Shown here: in pieces, positions 1 to 9,575 of the stretch
Position numbering within the stretch: the first letter of the stretch is position 1
How the letters are laid out: every line of letters starts with the position of its first letter
Position numbers and translations under genes: made by a program
Notes under the pieces: model-generated
Told to the model about the DNA's origin: nothing
Seen by the model: only the letters and a program-made list of their open reading frames with translations
The model's database searches: none
Source: Candidatus Krumholzibacteriia bacterium
GTDB lineage: Bacteria; Krumholzibacteriota; Krumholzibacteriia; JAJRXK01
Reading direction: 5' to 3'
Assembly: GCA_041484665.1 (NCBI GenBank)
Contig: JBGPIA010000009.1
Span: 64,001-128,000 of the forward strand
DNA: 64,000 nt

Positions 1-72
1 GGCAAGCACCGGGATCCACCACCAAGGGCGGTCGGACGGGCGTGGCGCTGCGGCGTGCTCGCTGCGGGACAT
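1..72 (-). CDS. 5' part of a hypothetical (probably membrane) protein running off the window edge
   Basis: Minus-strand ATG at 72 reads MSRSEHAAAPRPSDRPWWWIPVLA, open to position 1, and lies 6 nt downstream of an extended -10 (TGgTAGCGT, 87-79). Confidence 0.45.
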   Translation of the reverse strand, partial: MSRSEHAAAPRPSDRPWWWIPVLA

Positions 73-127
73 GCCCCAACGCTACCACGCGGCCGCGCGT
101 CGCAGGAAGCAAACGCGCTGGAACGGG

Positions 128-1618
128 TCAGCGACCGGGCGGAGCGCCGGGGCCGGCCCCCGCGGCCGCGCTGCCGGGCTCGCTCTCGAACGCGTCCAAC
201 GGCCGCCCGAAGCGCCGGCTCTGATCCCATTGTGCGTCGTGGCTCTGGATCACCCGCGGTGTGTTCACGGCGAGGAACTCCGGCGTGAGGGCGTCCTGCA
301 GGACGCGTCCGTCCATGTCGCTGGCCGTGGCGCAACCGGTCAGCGCCAGCAGCGTGGGCGTGACGTCGGTCAGCATCGCAGACGTCAGGCGCACGCCGTT
401 GCGGATCCCCTGCCCATAGAGGATGAGCGCCGCATCGGCGCTGGGCTCGGGAACCGGCACCGGCGTCGTCCCATCGCTGCCGATGCGCGTGCCCGTTGTA
501 AAGCCGTAACCGCCCACCACGATCAGCGTGGAGTGGTCGGTCATTTCCGCGAGCAGGCGGCCCAACTCCGCATCCACGAAGCGGTAGCCGGCGTCGACGG
601 CGCCCCCGGCCCGGCGTGCGTCCTCGGGGGAGATCCCAAACGTCTCTGGGTAAGTGTAGATCCAGTAGACCGGCTGCAGCGCCGCCAGCAGCTCGATGTA
701 CGTTCCCAGCACCCGCGGCCGGTACGTCTTCAGCAGGTAGTGCGCGATGTCCAGGTGCGTCAGATCGGCTTGATAGGTGATCGCGAACTCCTTGAGCGGA
801 TTGGTGTGTTGGAAGACCGAGCCGAGCGGCTCATCGTAGATCATGCGGTACTCGTCCTCCTTCAACGTGAAGAAGGGCGTGACCTCCTCGCGGCGGATCC
901 CGTTGGGGTCGCGCAGCAGGGGCGCCAGCTCCCTCTGGAGCACCGGCGGGTAGGTGTCCAGCTCGCCCGGCGCGCGGGAGAAGGTGCACTCGCGCGTGGC
1001 AAACCAGCGCGTGGTCGTGATCCCGTTGGAGGCCACGAAGCCGTTGACGGTCTCCGCCGGCCAGGTGCCCGGCAGGCCAGAAGTGGCCACGAGCACCTTC
1101 GCGGCGCTGAGGATCTGCCAGACGCTCTTGTTGCGGCGCACGACGCTGGGCATGGGCGCGCGCAGCCCGTTGGGCAGCTGCGACAGCATGCCAGCCACGC
1201 CGTGCTTGGCGGGAAGCTTGCCCGTCTGGATCGTGGCCCACACCCCCGGACCGTCCAGCGGGTAGGGGGCCTGCGCGACCGCCCGTACGCCGCCGTCGAT
1301 GATGCGCTTGAAGTTGGGGAGCTGGTTGCGGGACAGCAGCAGGTCGACGCGCTCCCAGCTCAGGCCGTCGACCCCCAGCACGATGATGCGGTCGGGCAGC
1401 GCGCGGTCGTCGTGGCGGCCGCAGCCGGAGAGCCCCACGGCGACCCCCATGCCGGCGGCGAGCAGCAGCATCCCCAGCGCGCTCGCACGCAACGAGCGGG
1501 GCCCGGCCCGCGGGTCCCTGCACCCCGTGGGCCGAGCGGTCGGGTGCTGTCGTTCACCTGCGGCGTGCAGGCCGTCGCCGGCTGCGCGCAGGCTCTGGGC
1601 GAGAGCCGACGGGGACAT
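128..1618 (-). CDS. Alkaline phosphatase superfamily (type I phosphodiesterase/nucleotide pyrophosphatase-like) lipoprotein, probably catalytically degenerate
   Basis: C-terminal part of ORF 128..2848. Lipobox-like GLSG/C; IIVLGVDGLSW; W-x-TIxTGKLPxxHG; Y-x-FVDAELG; DVTPTLL-x-L-x-G...DMDGRVL. Start chosen at MSPS (SD-like AGGTGAG); alternative start 1471. Confidence 0.8.
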   Translation of the reverse strand: MSPSALAQSLRAAGDGLHAAGERQHPTARPTGCRDPRAGPRSLRASALGMLLLAAGMGVAVGLSGCGRHDDRALPDRIIVLGVDGLSWERVDLLLSRNQLPNFKRIIDGGVRAVAQAPYPLDGPGVWATIQTGKLPAKHGVAGMLSQLPNGLRAPMPSVVRRNKSVWQILSAAKVLVATSGLPGTWPAETVNGFVASNGITTTRWFATRECTFSRAPGELDTYPPVLQRELAPLLRDPNGIRREEVTPFFTLKEDEYRMIYDEPLGSVFQHTNPLKEFAITYQADLTHLDIAHYLLKTYRPRVLGTYIELLAALQPVYWIYTYPETFGISPEDARRAGGAVDAGYRFVDAELGRLLAEMTDHSTLIVVGGYGFTTGTRIGSDGTTPVPVPEPSADAALILYGQGIRNGVRLTSAMLTDVTPTLLALTGCATASDMDGRVLQDALTPEFLAVNTPRVIQSHDAQWDQSRRFGRPLDAFESEPGSAAAGAGPGAPPGR

Positions 1619-1790
1619 CGACTCACCTGGTCGATCGGTACGCGGAGAAAGCAAGTGGTGTTGCATGCCCGTTGTGACGTCCTTGTAAACGGTCGACCAG
1701 CCGTCCAGCCGATTCTGGCCGCGGTCGAGATCGCGACACGCACGCGACGCCATGCGCGCCGTGGCACTCACCCTAGCAGCAGCGCCCAGC

Positions 1791-1819
1791 TTGAGGCGAG
1801 CCTCCCGTTGCCGTAACGT
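1791..1819 (+). promoter_or_regulatory. Putative sigma70-type promoter for the moxR operon
   Basis: TTGAGG-N17-TAACGT about 105 nt upstream of the moxR ATG. Confidence 0.4.
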
Positions 1820-1924
1820 GGGGGCACGCGATGCGCGCGCAGCACCCGTCGCCGCAGGCGGCGGGCCGTTTCGATCCCGGCGCGAGCCCTGGGCGGCGCG
1901 GGGACAGGCCCTGACGGAGGAGGC

Positions 1925-2914
1925 ATGGTGAGCGGCGACGTGGAGAGGATGGAGAAGCTCTTGGCGCTTCGCGAGGCGCTGTACGCGGAGATCGGCAAGC
2001 AGATCGTCGGGCAGCGACAGGTCGTCGACGAGCTCATGCTCACGCTGTTCGCGGGCGGGCACGCGTTGCTGGAGGGCGTGCCGGGATTGGCGAAGACCCT
2101 GCTCATCTCGACGGTCGCCCACGCGCTGGACCTGGAGTTCCGCCGCATCCAGTTCACCCCCGACCTGATGCCGTCGGACATCACCGGCAGCGAGGTGCTC
2201 GAGGAGGATGCTTCTACGGGCCAGCGCGTGTTCCGCTTCGTGCGCGGCCCGATCTTCGCCAACATCATCCTGGCAGACGAGATCAACCGCACCCCGCCCA
2301 AGACGCAGTCGGCGCTGCTGCAGGCCATGCAGGAGCGCCAGGTCACCGCCGGTGGCGTCACGCATTCGCTCTCGCCCCCTTTCTTCGTGCTGGCCACGCA
2401 GAACCCCATCGAGCAGGAGGGCACCTATCCGCTCCCGGAGGCCCAGCTCGACCGCTTCATGCTCAACATCAAGATCGACTACCCGGCCTACGACGAGGAG
2501 CTGCAGGTGGTGCGCCGCACCACGGGCAAGCTGGGGGAGCAACCGCGGCCCATCCTGCGCGCCCACGACATCCTGGAATACCAGGAACTGGTGCGCGCGG
2601 TTCCCGTGGCCGAGAACATCGTCGAGTACGCCGTCAAGCTGGCGCGGCTCACCCGTAATGGGACGCCCGAGGCGCACCCCATGGCCACCGAGTTCCTGAG
2701 CTGGGGGGCGGGGCCGCGCGCGGCGCAGTTCCTGGTGCTGGGCGCCAAGGCGCGGGCGGCGCTCGACGGCCGTCCCACCCCCAGCCTCGACGACGTGCGC
2801 TCCATCGCCGCGCCGGTCCTGCGGCACCGCCTCGTCACCAACTTCCACGCCGAGGCCGAGGGGATGAGCAAGGACGCTCTCATCGCTGCGCTCCTCGAAT
2901 CGCTTCCGGGCTGA
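1925..2914 (+). CDS. moxR: MoxR-family AAA+ ATPase
   Basis: Walker A GVPGLAKT, RIQFTPDLMPSDITG, Walker B LADEINR, ATQNPIEQEGTYPLPEAQLDRF; SD GGAGGAGG. Confidence 0.95.
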   Translation: MVSGDVERMEKLLALREALYAEIGKQIVGQRQVVDELMLTLFAGGHALLEGVPGLAKTLLISTVAHALDLEFRRIQFTPDLMPSDITGSEVLEEDASTGQRVFRFVRGPIFANIILADEINRTPPKTQSALLQAMQERQVTAGGVTHSLSPPFFVLATQNPIEQEGTYPLPEAQLDRFMLNIKIDYPAYDEELQVVRRTTGKLGEQPRPILRAHDILEYQELVRAVPVAENIVEYAVKLARLTRNGTPEAHPMATEFLSWGAGPRAAQFLVLGAKARAALDGRPTPSLDDVRSIAAPVLRHRLVTNFHAEAEGMSKDALIAALLESLPG

Positions 2915-2925
2915 ACGGAGCCGAC

Positions 2926-3837
2926 GTGGCCGGTCCGCGCACGGGGCTGCTCGACCCCCTGATCATCAGCCGGCTGGGCTCGCTGGATCTCATCGCGCGC
3001 ACGCTGGTGGAGGGCTTCCTGGTGGGATTGCACCGCAGCCCCTACCACGGCTTCTCGGTGGAGTTCGCCGAGTACCGCCAGTACATCCCCGGCGAGCCCA
3101 CCGCGCACATCGACTGGCGCGTCTACGCGAAGACCGACCGCCACTACATCCGCGTCTTCCACCAGGAGACCAATCTCCACGCCCGGCTCTTGCTGGATGT
3201 CTCGGCCTCGATGGCGCAGGCCGCCCACGGCGGCAAGGACCATCTCACCAAGCTGGAGTACGCCAAGCTGCTCACCGCCGCGCTGTGCTATCTGCTCATC
3301 AAGCAGAATGACGCCACTGGGCTGGTGACCTTCGACCGCCGTCCGCTGCAGATCGTGCCGCCGCGCAGCAGCCGCCGGCAGCTGATGCACCTGCTCAGCC
3401 TGTTGGAGCGGGTGCAGCCCGGCGAGCAGACCGACGTGGGGGAGGTGCTGGGGACGCTCGCCGAGCGGATGTGGCGCCGCGGCCTGGTGGTCGTGATCAG
3501 CGATCTGATCGACGACCCCGACCGCGTGCTCACCGGGCTGAAGCACTTCCGCCATCGGGAGCACGAGGTGATCGTCTTCCACGTGCTGGACCCGCGCGAG
3601 GTGGACCTGCGCTTCAGCCAGGAGGCGCGCTTCATCGATCCGGAGCAGCAGCTCGATCCCATCCGCGCGCAGCCCTGGCACCTGCGGGAGGCCTACGTAG
3701 CCGAGGTCGAGGCGTGGCGCGGGCGCCTGGCGCGGGAGTGCCAGCAGCACCAGATCGACTACGTGCCGCTGACCACCGATACCGCGTTCGATCGGGCCCT
3801 GCTGGCGTATCTCAACAAGCGCGCCAAGCTGGGCTAG
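2926..3837 (+). CDS. DUF58 domain protein (VWA-like partner of MoxR)
   Basis: GLHRSPYHGFSVEFAEYRQY, IDWRVYAKTD, LDVSASM, VISD; typical position directly after moxR. Confidence 0.92.
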   Translation: MAGPRTGLLDPLIISRLGSLDLIARTLVEGFLVGLHRSPYHGFSVEFAEYRQYIPGEPTAHIDWRVYAKTDRHYIRVFHQETNLHARLLLDVSASMAQAAHGGKDHLTKLEYAKLLTAALCYLLIKQNDATGLVTFDRRPLQIVPPRSSRRQLMHLLSLLERVQPGEQTDVGEVLGTLAERMWRRGLVVVISDLIDDPDRVLTGLKHFRHREHEVIVFHVLDPREVDLRFSQEARFIDPEQQLDPIRAQPWHLREAYVAEVEAWRGRLARECQQHQIDYVPLTTDTAFDRALLAYLNKRAKLG

Positions 3838-3846
3838 GGACGCAGC

Positions 3847-5994
3847 ATGCAGTTCCTCAGCCCCATGTACCTGTTCGGGCTGCTGGCGGCTGGCATTCCC
3901 ATCCTGTTGCACTTCCTCAGCCGCCGTCGCCCGGTCGACATCCAGTTCGGGCCGCTGCGCTTCCTGCGCCCCACCCAGGAGCGGCAGATGCGCCGGCTGA
4001 GCCTGCGCCGGCTGCTGCTGCTGCTGCTGCGCGTGACGATCATCTGCCTGGTGGTGATGGCGGCCGCCCGGCCCACCCTCACCGGCGGGTTGGCGCGCCT
4101 GGCCCCCACCGGGCATGCGACCAGCGTGGTGGTCCTGGTGGACGCCAGCGCGAGCATGCAGGCGCAGCTCCAGAGGGGCACGATGTTCGATCGGGCGCGC
4201 ACCGAGGTCGCCGCGATCGTCGGCCAGCTGAGCGGCCAGGACGAGGTGGCGGTGGCGTTGTTCAGCGACGTGGTGCGGCCCTTATTCAGCGAGTTCGTCC
4301 GCGACGGCCAGCTGGTGCTGGCGCAGCTGCAGGAGGCCCGCCCCGACGACCGCGCCACCGACTACGTCACCGCGCTGTCCGGTGCCCTCGATCTGCTGGA
4401 GAAGGCCGGCTCGCCCTACCGCGAGATCTTCGTGGTCAGTGATTTCCAGGAGGCGGCGGCCGACAGCGTGCGGCTGGCTCGCCTGCACGAGCGGCTGCGC
4501 CAATCGCCGGGAACGACCGTGCTCCTGCGGGCCGTCAAGCCCGAGCCCTTCGTCAACCGCCAGGTCGCCGACGTGGAGCGGCCGGCCACCCTGCTGCGCG
4601 CCGGCGAGACCGCCGAGGTCGCCGTGCAGGTGCGCCAGGACGGCGACGCCGATCTCCCTGTGCAGCTCTTCCTGCAGGTGGGCGACGCCACCGTGGGCGA
4701 GACCGAGCTGCAGCTGGCTGCCCACGGCACGCGCCGCCACGGCTTCCCGCTCACGCTGCCCGCCGCGGGCGACCTGGCCGGATCGGCGCGATTGCGCCCC
4801 GACCGCTACCCACCCGACGACGAGCGGTTCTTCGTGCTGCCGGTCAGCCAACGGGTGAACGTCATGGTGCTGGCGGGGCTGGGGGCCGGTGACGGTGAGC
4901 GCGATCCGCTGCTGTTCCTGCGCGCGGGTCTAGACCCGGGGGAGAGCGGCGAAGGGGATTTCGCTCTGGAGGTCGTCCCGGCCGAGCGCATGGACGTCAC
5001 CCACCTGCAGCAGACCCGCGTGGTGGTTGGCACCGACATCATCGATCTGGGCGCGGCCCGCCTCGCGGCGCTGACGGACTACCTCAAGGCCGGTGGCACG
5101 ATGCTGTTGTTGTGCGGCGATCCGGGCGTGCGTGCCTACACCAACGAGAAGTTGCTGCCGTCGTGGACGGCGGCACGGCTGGGCCCGTTCCGCAACGGGC
5201 GGGAGGGGACGCAGCGGCTGATCGTCTCGGCGCGCGACCACCCCGTCTTCACCGGTTTCGAGGATGACGAGCTGGCAACCCTTGAGGAGGTCGAGCTGCG
5301 CAACTACTACCCGCTGCCCGAGACCGTGGGCCGCTCGCTGGTGCGCTTCGCCGACGGCGGAGCCGCGATCCTGGAGGTGGAGGTGGGGCTGGGTCGGGTG
5401 ATCCTGTGCGGCTTCCACACAGCGGCGACCGCGGGCAACCTGCCATACTCGCCGATGTTCCTGCCGCTGATGCAGCGACTGGCAGGCTACCTCGCGACGG
5501 CGGGCTGGTCACGTTACGGCCGGCAGGCCGAGGTCGGCTCGAGCCTGGCCGCGGAGGCTCCGCCCGGCATGAACCCCGGCGCCGTGTTGGAGGTCCGGCT
5601 GCCCGACGGCGCGACCGTTCCGGCCACCCTCAATGCCACGGTCACGCCGCCGCGCCTCGAGCTCGCCCTGGCCGAGGTGCCCGGGGCCTACACCTTCCTG
5701 GTGGACCACAAGCCGTGGGCCCTGTGCGCGGTCAACGTGCCCGGCAGCGAATCGGTGCGCCGCTTCCAGGAGCCCGAGGCGTTCCGCAAGCAGTACGGCG
5801 GCGGCGACGCCGCGCGGGTCACGGCGCTGGCGGGCGACTCGGCAGCAGAGGCGGTGCGGCAGGCGCGCCGCGGCTACGGCATCCATCGCTGGCTGCTCGC
5901 GCTGGCGGGGATTCTGCTCGTGATCGAGAGCCTGGTGGCGCGCCGCGTGGGCGCTGCGAACGCGGCGGCCGTGCTGCTGCTGGTCCTGCGCTGA
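3847..5994 (+). CDS. BatA N-terminal / VWA domain membrane protein
   Basis: BatA-type N-terminus (FLSPxxLxGLL..IPILLH..LLLLLR..AARP), MIDAS DASASM, VSDFQ, and a C-terminal TM ending LLVIESL. Confidence 0.88.
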   Translation: MQFLSPMYLFGLLAAGIPILLHFLSRRRPVDIQFGPLRFLRPTQERQMRRLSLRRLLLLLLRVTIICLVVMAAARPTLTGGLARLAPTGHATSVVVLVDASASMQAQLQRGTMFDRARTEVAAIVGQLSGQDEVAVALFSDVVRPLFSEFVRDGQLVLAQLQEARPDDRATDYVTALSGALDLLEKAGSPYREIFVVSDFQEAAADSVRLARLHERLRQSPGTTVLLRAVKPEPFVNRQVADVERPATLLRAGETAEVAVQVRQDGDADLPVQLFLQVGDATVGETELQLAAHGTRRHGFPLTLPAAGDLAGSARLRPDRYPPDDERFFVLPVSQRVNVMVLAGLGAGDGERDPLLFLRAGLDPGESGEGDFALEVVPAERMDVTHLQQTRVVVGTDIIDLGAARLAALTDYLKAGGTMLLLCGDPGVRAYTNEKLLPSWTAARLGPFRNGREGTQRLIVSARDHPVFTGFEDDELATLEEVELRNYYPLPETVGRSLVRFADGGAAILEVEVGLGRVILCGFHTAATAGNLPYSPMFLPLMQRLAGYLATAGWSRYGRQAEVGSSLAAEAPPGMNPGAVLEVRLPDGATVPATLNATVTPPRLELALAEVPGAYTFLVDHKPWALCAVNVPGSESVRRFQEPEAFRKQYGGGDAARVTALAGDSAAEAVRQARRGYGIHRWLLALAGILLVIESLVARRVGAANAAAVLLLVLR

Positions 5995-6004
5995 GCGGGC
6001 CCCT

Positions 6005-7504
6005 GTGACCGTGCGGCGCCCGCGCACGCTGCTACTGCTCGCTCTCCCGGCGCTCGCCGCGCTGCCCGCGGCGTGGATGGGCTACACGCGCGAGGACTGG
6101 CTGCTCTTGTGGTCGGCCATGGACCCGCGCAGCGCGCCGCCGGGCGCCGCGGGTGTCTTCGCGCGGCCGCTAGCCGCGCTCGCCTGGCGCGCGGCCGTGG
6201 GCCTGGGCGGAGACCAACCGCGCGCCATGCACCTGCTGGCCTTCCTGCTGTCGCTGCTGCTGGCGCTAGCAGCCGCGTGGCTGGCGCGCCTGGTGCTGCC
6301 GCGCGCCCCGCGCGCGCCCTGGATCGCGGCGGCGGTGGTGGGAGTCCACGCCGCGCTGCTGGAGTGCCGGTTGTGGGCGGCCGCCTGCAACGGCCTGCTC
6401 GCCGCCGCGCTGGCGACGCTTGGCGCTTGCACCGCGGTGGCCGCGCTGCAGCCCGCTCGAGCGGGCGGTGCGCGCGCGGCGCTGCAGGCAGGCGCTGGCG
6501 TCGTGCTCGTGGCGCTGGGTGGGCTCGCCCGCGCGGATGCGTGGGGCGCGGCGTTGTGGATCGGCGCGGCGCTGCTGGCACGCGCGGCAAAAGCGCGGAG
6601 CGCCGACCTGACTCTCGCCGTGGACAGCACGGGGCATGCGCGAGGCGCGCTGCGCGTGGAGGGCCCGCGCAGGCGCGCGGCGCCGGCGGTGGCGGCGACC
6701 CTGGCGCTAACCGCGCTCGCGGCGACGGCGGCAGTGCTGCTGACCGCGCGCAGCCGCTTGTCCGGTGCGACGGAGCCGGCGCACCCGCTCGCGCATCCGT
6801 CCATGCCCGAGCTGGCGCACGCCGGGCAGCTCGCGCGGCTGCTGCTGGTCCCCTGGGGTGCGCCCCTGAACGCGGCTGCGGCGGCGGTGCTGGGGGCGAT
6901 CGCGATCGTGGCGCTGCCAGGCCTCGCCTGGCGACAGCGGTCGCAGCCGCTGCGGTCCGCGGGTCACATGCTGATCGCCGGCGTGCTGGGCGCCAGCTGC
7001 CTGCTCCCGATGCAGCCCGCCGGACGCTACGTGATCCTGCCGGCGGTCGCCTTGGGGCTCGCCGCCGCGGCGCTCGACGCCCGCGTGCAGGCCTGGCCGC
7101 GTGCGCTGCCGCGCGCGGGCTTCGCGCTCGCGCTAGGCGCGTGGCTGCTGTTGCACGTGGCCACCCCGTGGCTGGGCAGTTCGGCACACGAGCTCGCCGC
7201 GCGCGCCCAGGCCGAGACCGCGCTCTACCGGATGGTCCGCGCCGAGGGCACCGCGCGCGGCGTCGCCGAGCGCTTGGCGCTGATCGACGCCCCGCCCATG
7301 GGCTGGCGCTCCAGCGCCGGCGACGCCGAGAATGTCGTGAGCGCAGCACTTCGCCATCGTGTGGCGGTCGTGTTGCTGGACGCGAGCCAGCCTTTGGCAG
7401 CCGCGTTGCCGGCGCTGCGTTGGACGGCCGGGAGATGGGTCTGGCTGCGGACGCCCTCCGCGGACCCGCTGGCGCCGGCGGCCCGGGACAGGCTGACGAC
7501 GTGA
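6005..7504 (+). CDS. Polytopic membrane protein, possible GT-C (PMT/ArnT/TMTC-like) glycosyltransferase
   Basis: Many hydrophobic segments; N-terminal GYTRED...ARPL...GDQPRAMHL resembles the GT-C loop pattern DD...RPL...G..p..H. Tightly coupled to its neighbours. Confidence 0.55.
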   Translation: MTVRRPRTLLLLALPALAALPAAWMGYTREDWLLLWSAMDPRSAPPGAAGVFARPLAALAWRAAVGLGGDQPRAMHLLAFLLSLLLALAAAWLARLVLPRAPRAPWIAAAVVGVHAALLECRLWAAACNGLLAAALATLGACTAVAALQPARAGGARAALQAGAGVVLVALGGLARADAWGAALWIGAALLARAAKARSADLTLAVDSTGHARGALRVEGPRRRAAPAVAATLALTALAATAAVLLTARSRLSGATEPAHPLAHPSMPELAHAGQLARLLLVPWGAPLNAAAAAVLGAIAIVALPGLAWRQRSQPLRSAGHMLIAGVLGASCLLPMQPAGRYVILPAVALGLAAAALDARVQAWPRALPRAGFALALGAWLLLHVATPWLGSSAHELAARAQAETALYRMVRAEGTARGVAERLALIDAPPMGWRSSAGDAENVVSAALRHRVAVVLLDASQPLAAALPALRWTAGRWVWLRTPSADPLAPAARDRLTT

Positions 7505-7971
7505 GCGCGCCGCCCGTGTCCAGCGCCACCGCGCTCCTGTTGCGCGACGGGCAAGTGCTGTTGCTGCGCCGCTCCGCCCACGTGGTAAGCCATGCCGGTC
7601 GCTGGTCGGCCGTCAGCGGCAAGCTGGAGGCTGGGGAGTCGCCGCTGGCGGCGGCATGGCGCGAGATCGCCGAGGAGACCGGGTTTGGCCAGGCAGAGCT
7701 CATCCTGCTCGCAGAGGGCACACCACGGCTGGTCGATGAGGCCCGCTGCGGGATCACCTGGCGGGTCCATCCGTTCCTGTTCGCGCTGCGCAGCGCACGG
7801 GCCCCGCGGCTCTGCGCCGAGCACGTGGAGGCGCGCTGGTGCCTGCCGCACGAGCTGGCGGCGCTGGACCCGGTGCCCGGTCTGGCCGCCGCGCTTGCGG
7901 AGCTGCTGCAGCGCGCCGGCCCGGCGGCGCGGGCGCGCCATGAACCGCTGCCGCCCGGTCCCTTGCGGTAG
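7501..7971 (+). CDS. NUDIX hydrolase
   Basis: Nudix box GKLEAGESPLAAAWREIAEETG; GTG start overlaps the upstream stop (GTGA). Confidence 0.88.
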   Translation: MSAPPVSSATALLLRDGQVLLLRRSAHVVSHAGRWSAVSGKLEAGESPLAAAWREIAEETGFGQAELILLAEGTPRLVDEARCGITWRVHPFLFALRSARAPRLCAEHVEARWCLPHELAALDPVPGLAAALAELLQRAGPAARARHEPLPPGPLR

Positions 7972-8237
7972 AGGCCCTCGACCGCGTCGATGCGGCGGCC
8001 GCTCTTCAGCACCGCGTCCACGGGGGCGTCTTGAGTCGCACTACGCGGAGCACACCAGCGCGCCCGGCTCTTCCAGGGGAATCGGTCGAGGGGGGCTGGG
8101 AGCCAAGGCGCAGCTGCGCTATCATCGGGTCCGGCGGGCCGCCCGTGGCCCAACGATCGGCCCGTCAACCCGCGACGGCCCCACCCATGTCGTGGCCGGC
8201 CGCCTCCATCCCCCACGGACGCGCGAGCGCGACGCCC

Positions 8238-9413
8238 ATGGCAACGCCGACCATCTACCTCGACAACAATGCGACGACCCGTCTGGATCCCCAGGTGCTC
8301 GACGCCATGCTTCCCTTCCTGCGCGAGCACTTCGGCAATGCCAGCAGCCGTCACCACGTGGGGGCTGCGGCCGCGGCGGCCGTCTCGGCCGCGCGGCGCG
8401 CCGTGGCGCAAGTGCTGGGGGCGCAGCCAGGCGAAGTGGTGTTCACCAGCGGAGGCACGGAGGCGGACAACCTCGCCATCCGCGGCGCCGTGCGCGCCGC
8501 CCCACGCCCGCGCCACGTCGTGACCACGGCCGTGGAGCATCCGGCGGTGCTGGAGACCTGCGAGGACCTGGCGCACCAGGGTGACTGCGAGCTCACCGTG
8601 CTGGGAGTCGACGCGCAGGGCGGGCTGGACCTCGAGGCGCTGCAGGCCGCGCTGCGTCCCGGCCGGACCTGCCTGGTCAGCGCGATGTGGGCCAACAACG
8701 AGACCGGGGTGTTGTTCCCGATCGGGGAGATCGGCGCGCGCGCGCGCGCCGCTGGGGCGCTCTTCCACGTCGATGCGGTGCAGGCGGCGGGCAAGCTGCC
8801 CATCGACTTCGCGAGCCTGCCCGTCGATCTGCTCAGCGTGGCGGCGCACAAGCTCCACGGTCCCAAGGGCAGCGGCGCCTTGCTGGTGCGGCGTGGCGTA
8901 ACGCTGGCTCCCATGGTCACCGGCGGCGGGCAGGAGCAGGGCCGCCGCTCGGGCACGCTGCACCCCGCGGCCGCCGTCGGGCTTGCCCGCGCGCTGGAGC
9001 TGGCGGTCGCCGTGCTGCCGCAGGCGAGCCGCCGTATGGCGGAGCTGCGAGACCTGCTGCAGCAGCAGCTCGCGCAGCGCGTCCCGGGGCTGCAGGTCAC
9101 CGGCGAGGGCGCGCAGCGCCTGCCCACCACCCTGCACGTCACCCTCGAGGTGGAGGCGGAGGCCCTGCTGCTGCTCCTGGACCGCGAAGGCGTCGCGGCC
9201 TCGGCGGGCTCGGCCTGCAGCTCGGGGGCGCATCTGCCCAGCCCCGTGCTGACGGCCATGGGTGTCGCGCCTTCGCGCGCGCACGGCGGCGTGCGCTTCT
9301 CCCTCTCGCGCGAGACCACGCGCGATGAGATCGAGCGCGTGGTGCGGGTCATGCCGCCGCTGGTGGAGCGGTTGGCGGCCTTGGCGCGGACGGCCGGGGC
9401 GTCGAGCGCCTAG
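8238..9413 (+). CDS. iscS: Cysteine desulfurase (IscS/NifS, class V PLP enzyme)
   Basis: IYLDNNATT, FTSGGTEADN, VEHPAV, MWANNETG, PLP-lysine AHKLHGPKG, catalytic SAGSACSSG. Confidence 0.92.
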   Translation: MATPTIYLDNNATTRLDPQVLDAMLPFLREHFGNASSRHHVGAAAAAAVSAARRAVAQVLGAQPGEVVFTSGGTEADNLAIRGAVRAAPRPRHVVTTAVEHPAVLETCEDLAHQGDCELTVLGVDAQGGLDLEALQAALRPGRTCLVSAMWANNETGVLFPIGEIGARARAAGALFHVDAVQAAGKLPIDFASLPVDLLSVAAHKLHGPKGSGALLVRRGVTLAPMVTGGGQEQGRRSGTLHPAAAVGLARALELAVAVLPQASRRMAELRDLLQQQLAQRVPGLQVTGEGAQRLPTTLHVTLEVEAEALLLLLDREGVAASAGSACSSGAHLPSPVLTAMGVAPSRAHGGVRFSLSRETTRDEIERVVRVMPPLVERLAALARTAGASSA

Positions 9414-9575
9414 GGCGCCGCCCAAAACCACCCCACGCTGCGCGCTGAGAGGGCGCCGACCACGCCCTCGGCGGTGCCGGGCCCGCGCGCCGGCTGCGCG
9501 TCCCTGGTTGTCGCGCGGGCGAGCTGCATCTACCTTCCTGCGGTTGGTCCTGCGGATGGGGGACCGGCCATTGCC

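Noticed and set aside
1619..2848. N-terminal ~400 aa of the 906-aa minus-strand ORF 128..2848
   Set aside because: Antisense shadow of moxR plus intergenic DNA; protein-like sequence starts only near 1618/1471.
8238..9413. Cysteine desulfurase as part of a DNA phosphorothioation (dnd) or isc/suf cluster
   Set aside because: No dndB-E, iscU, suf or mnmA genes adjacent; it appears to be a stand-alone housekeeping copy.
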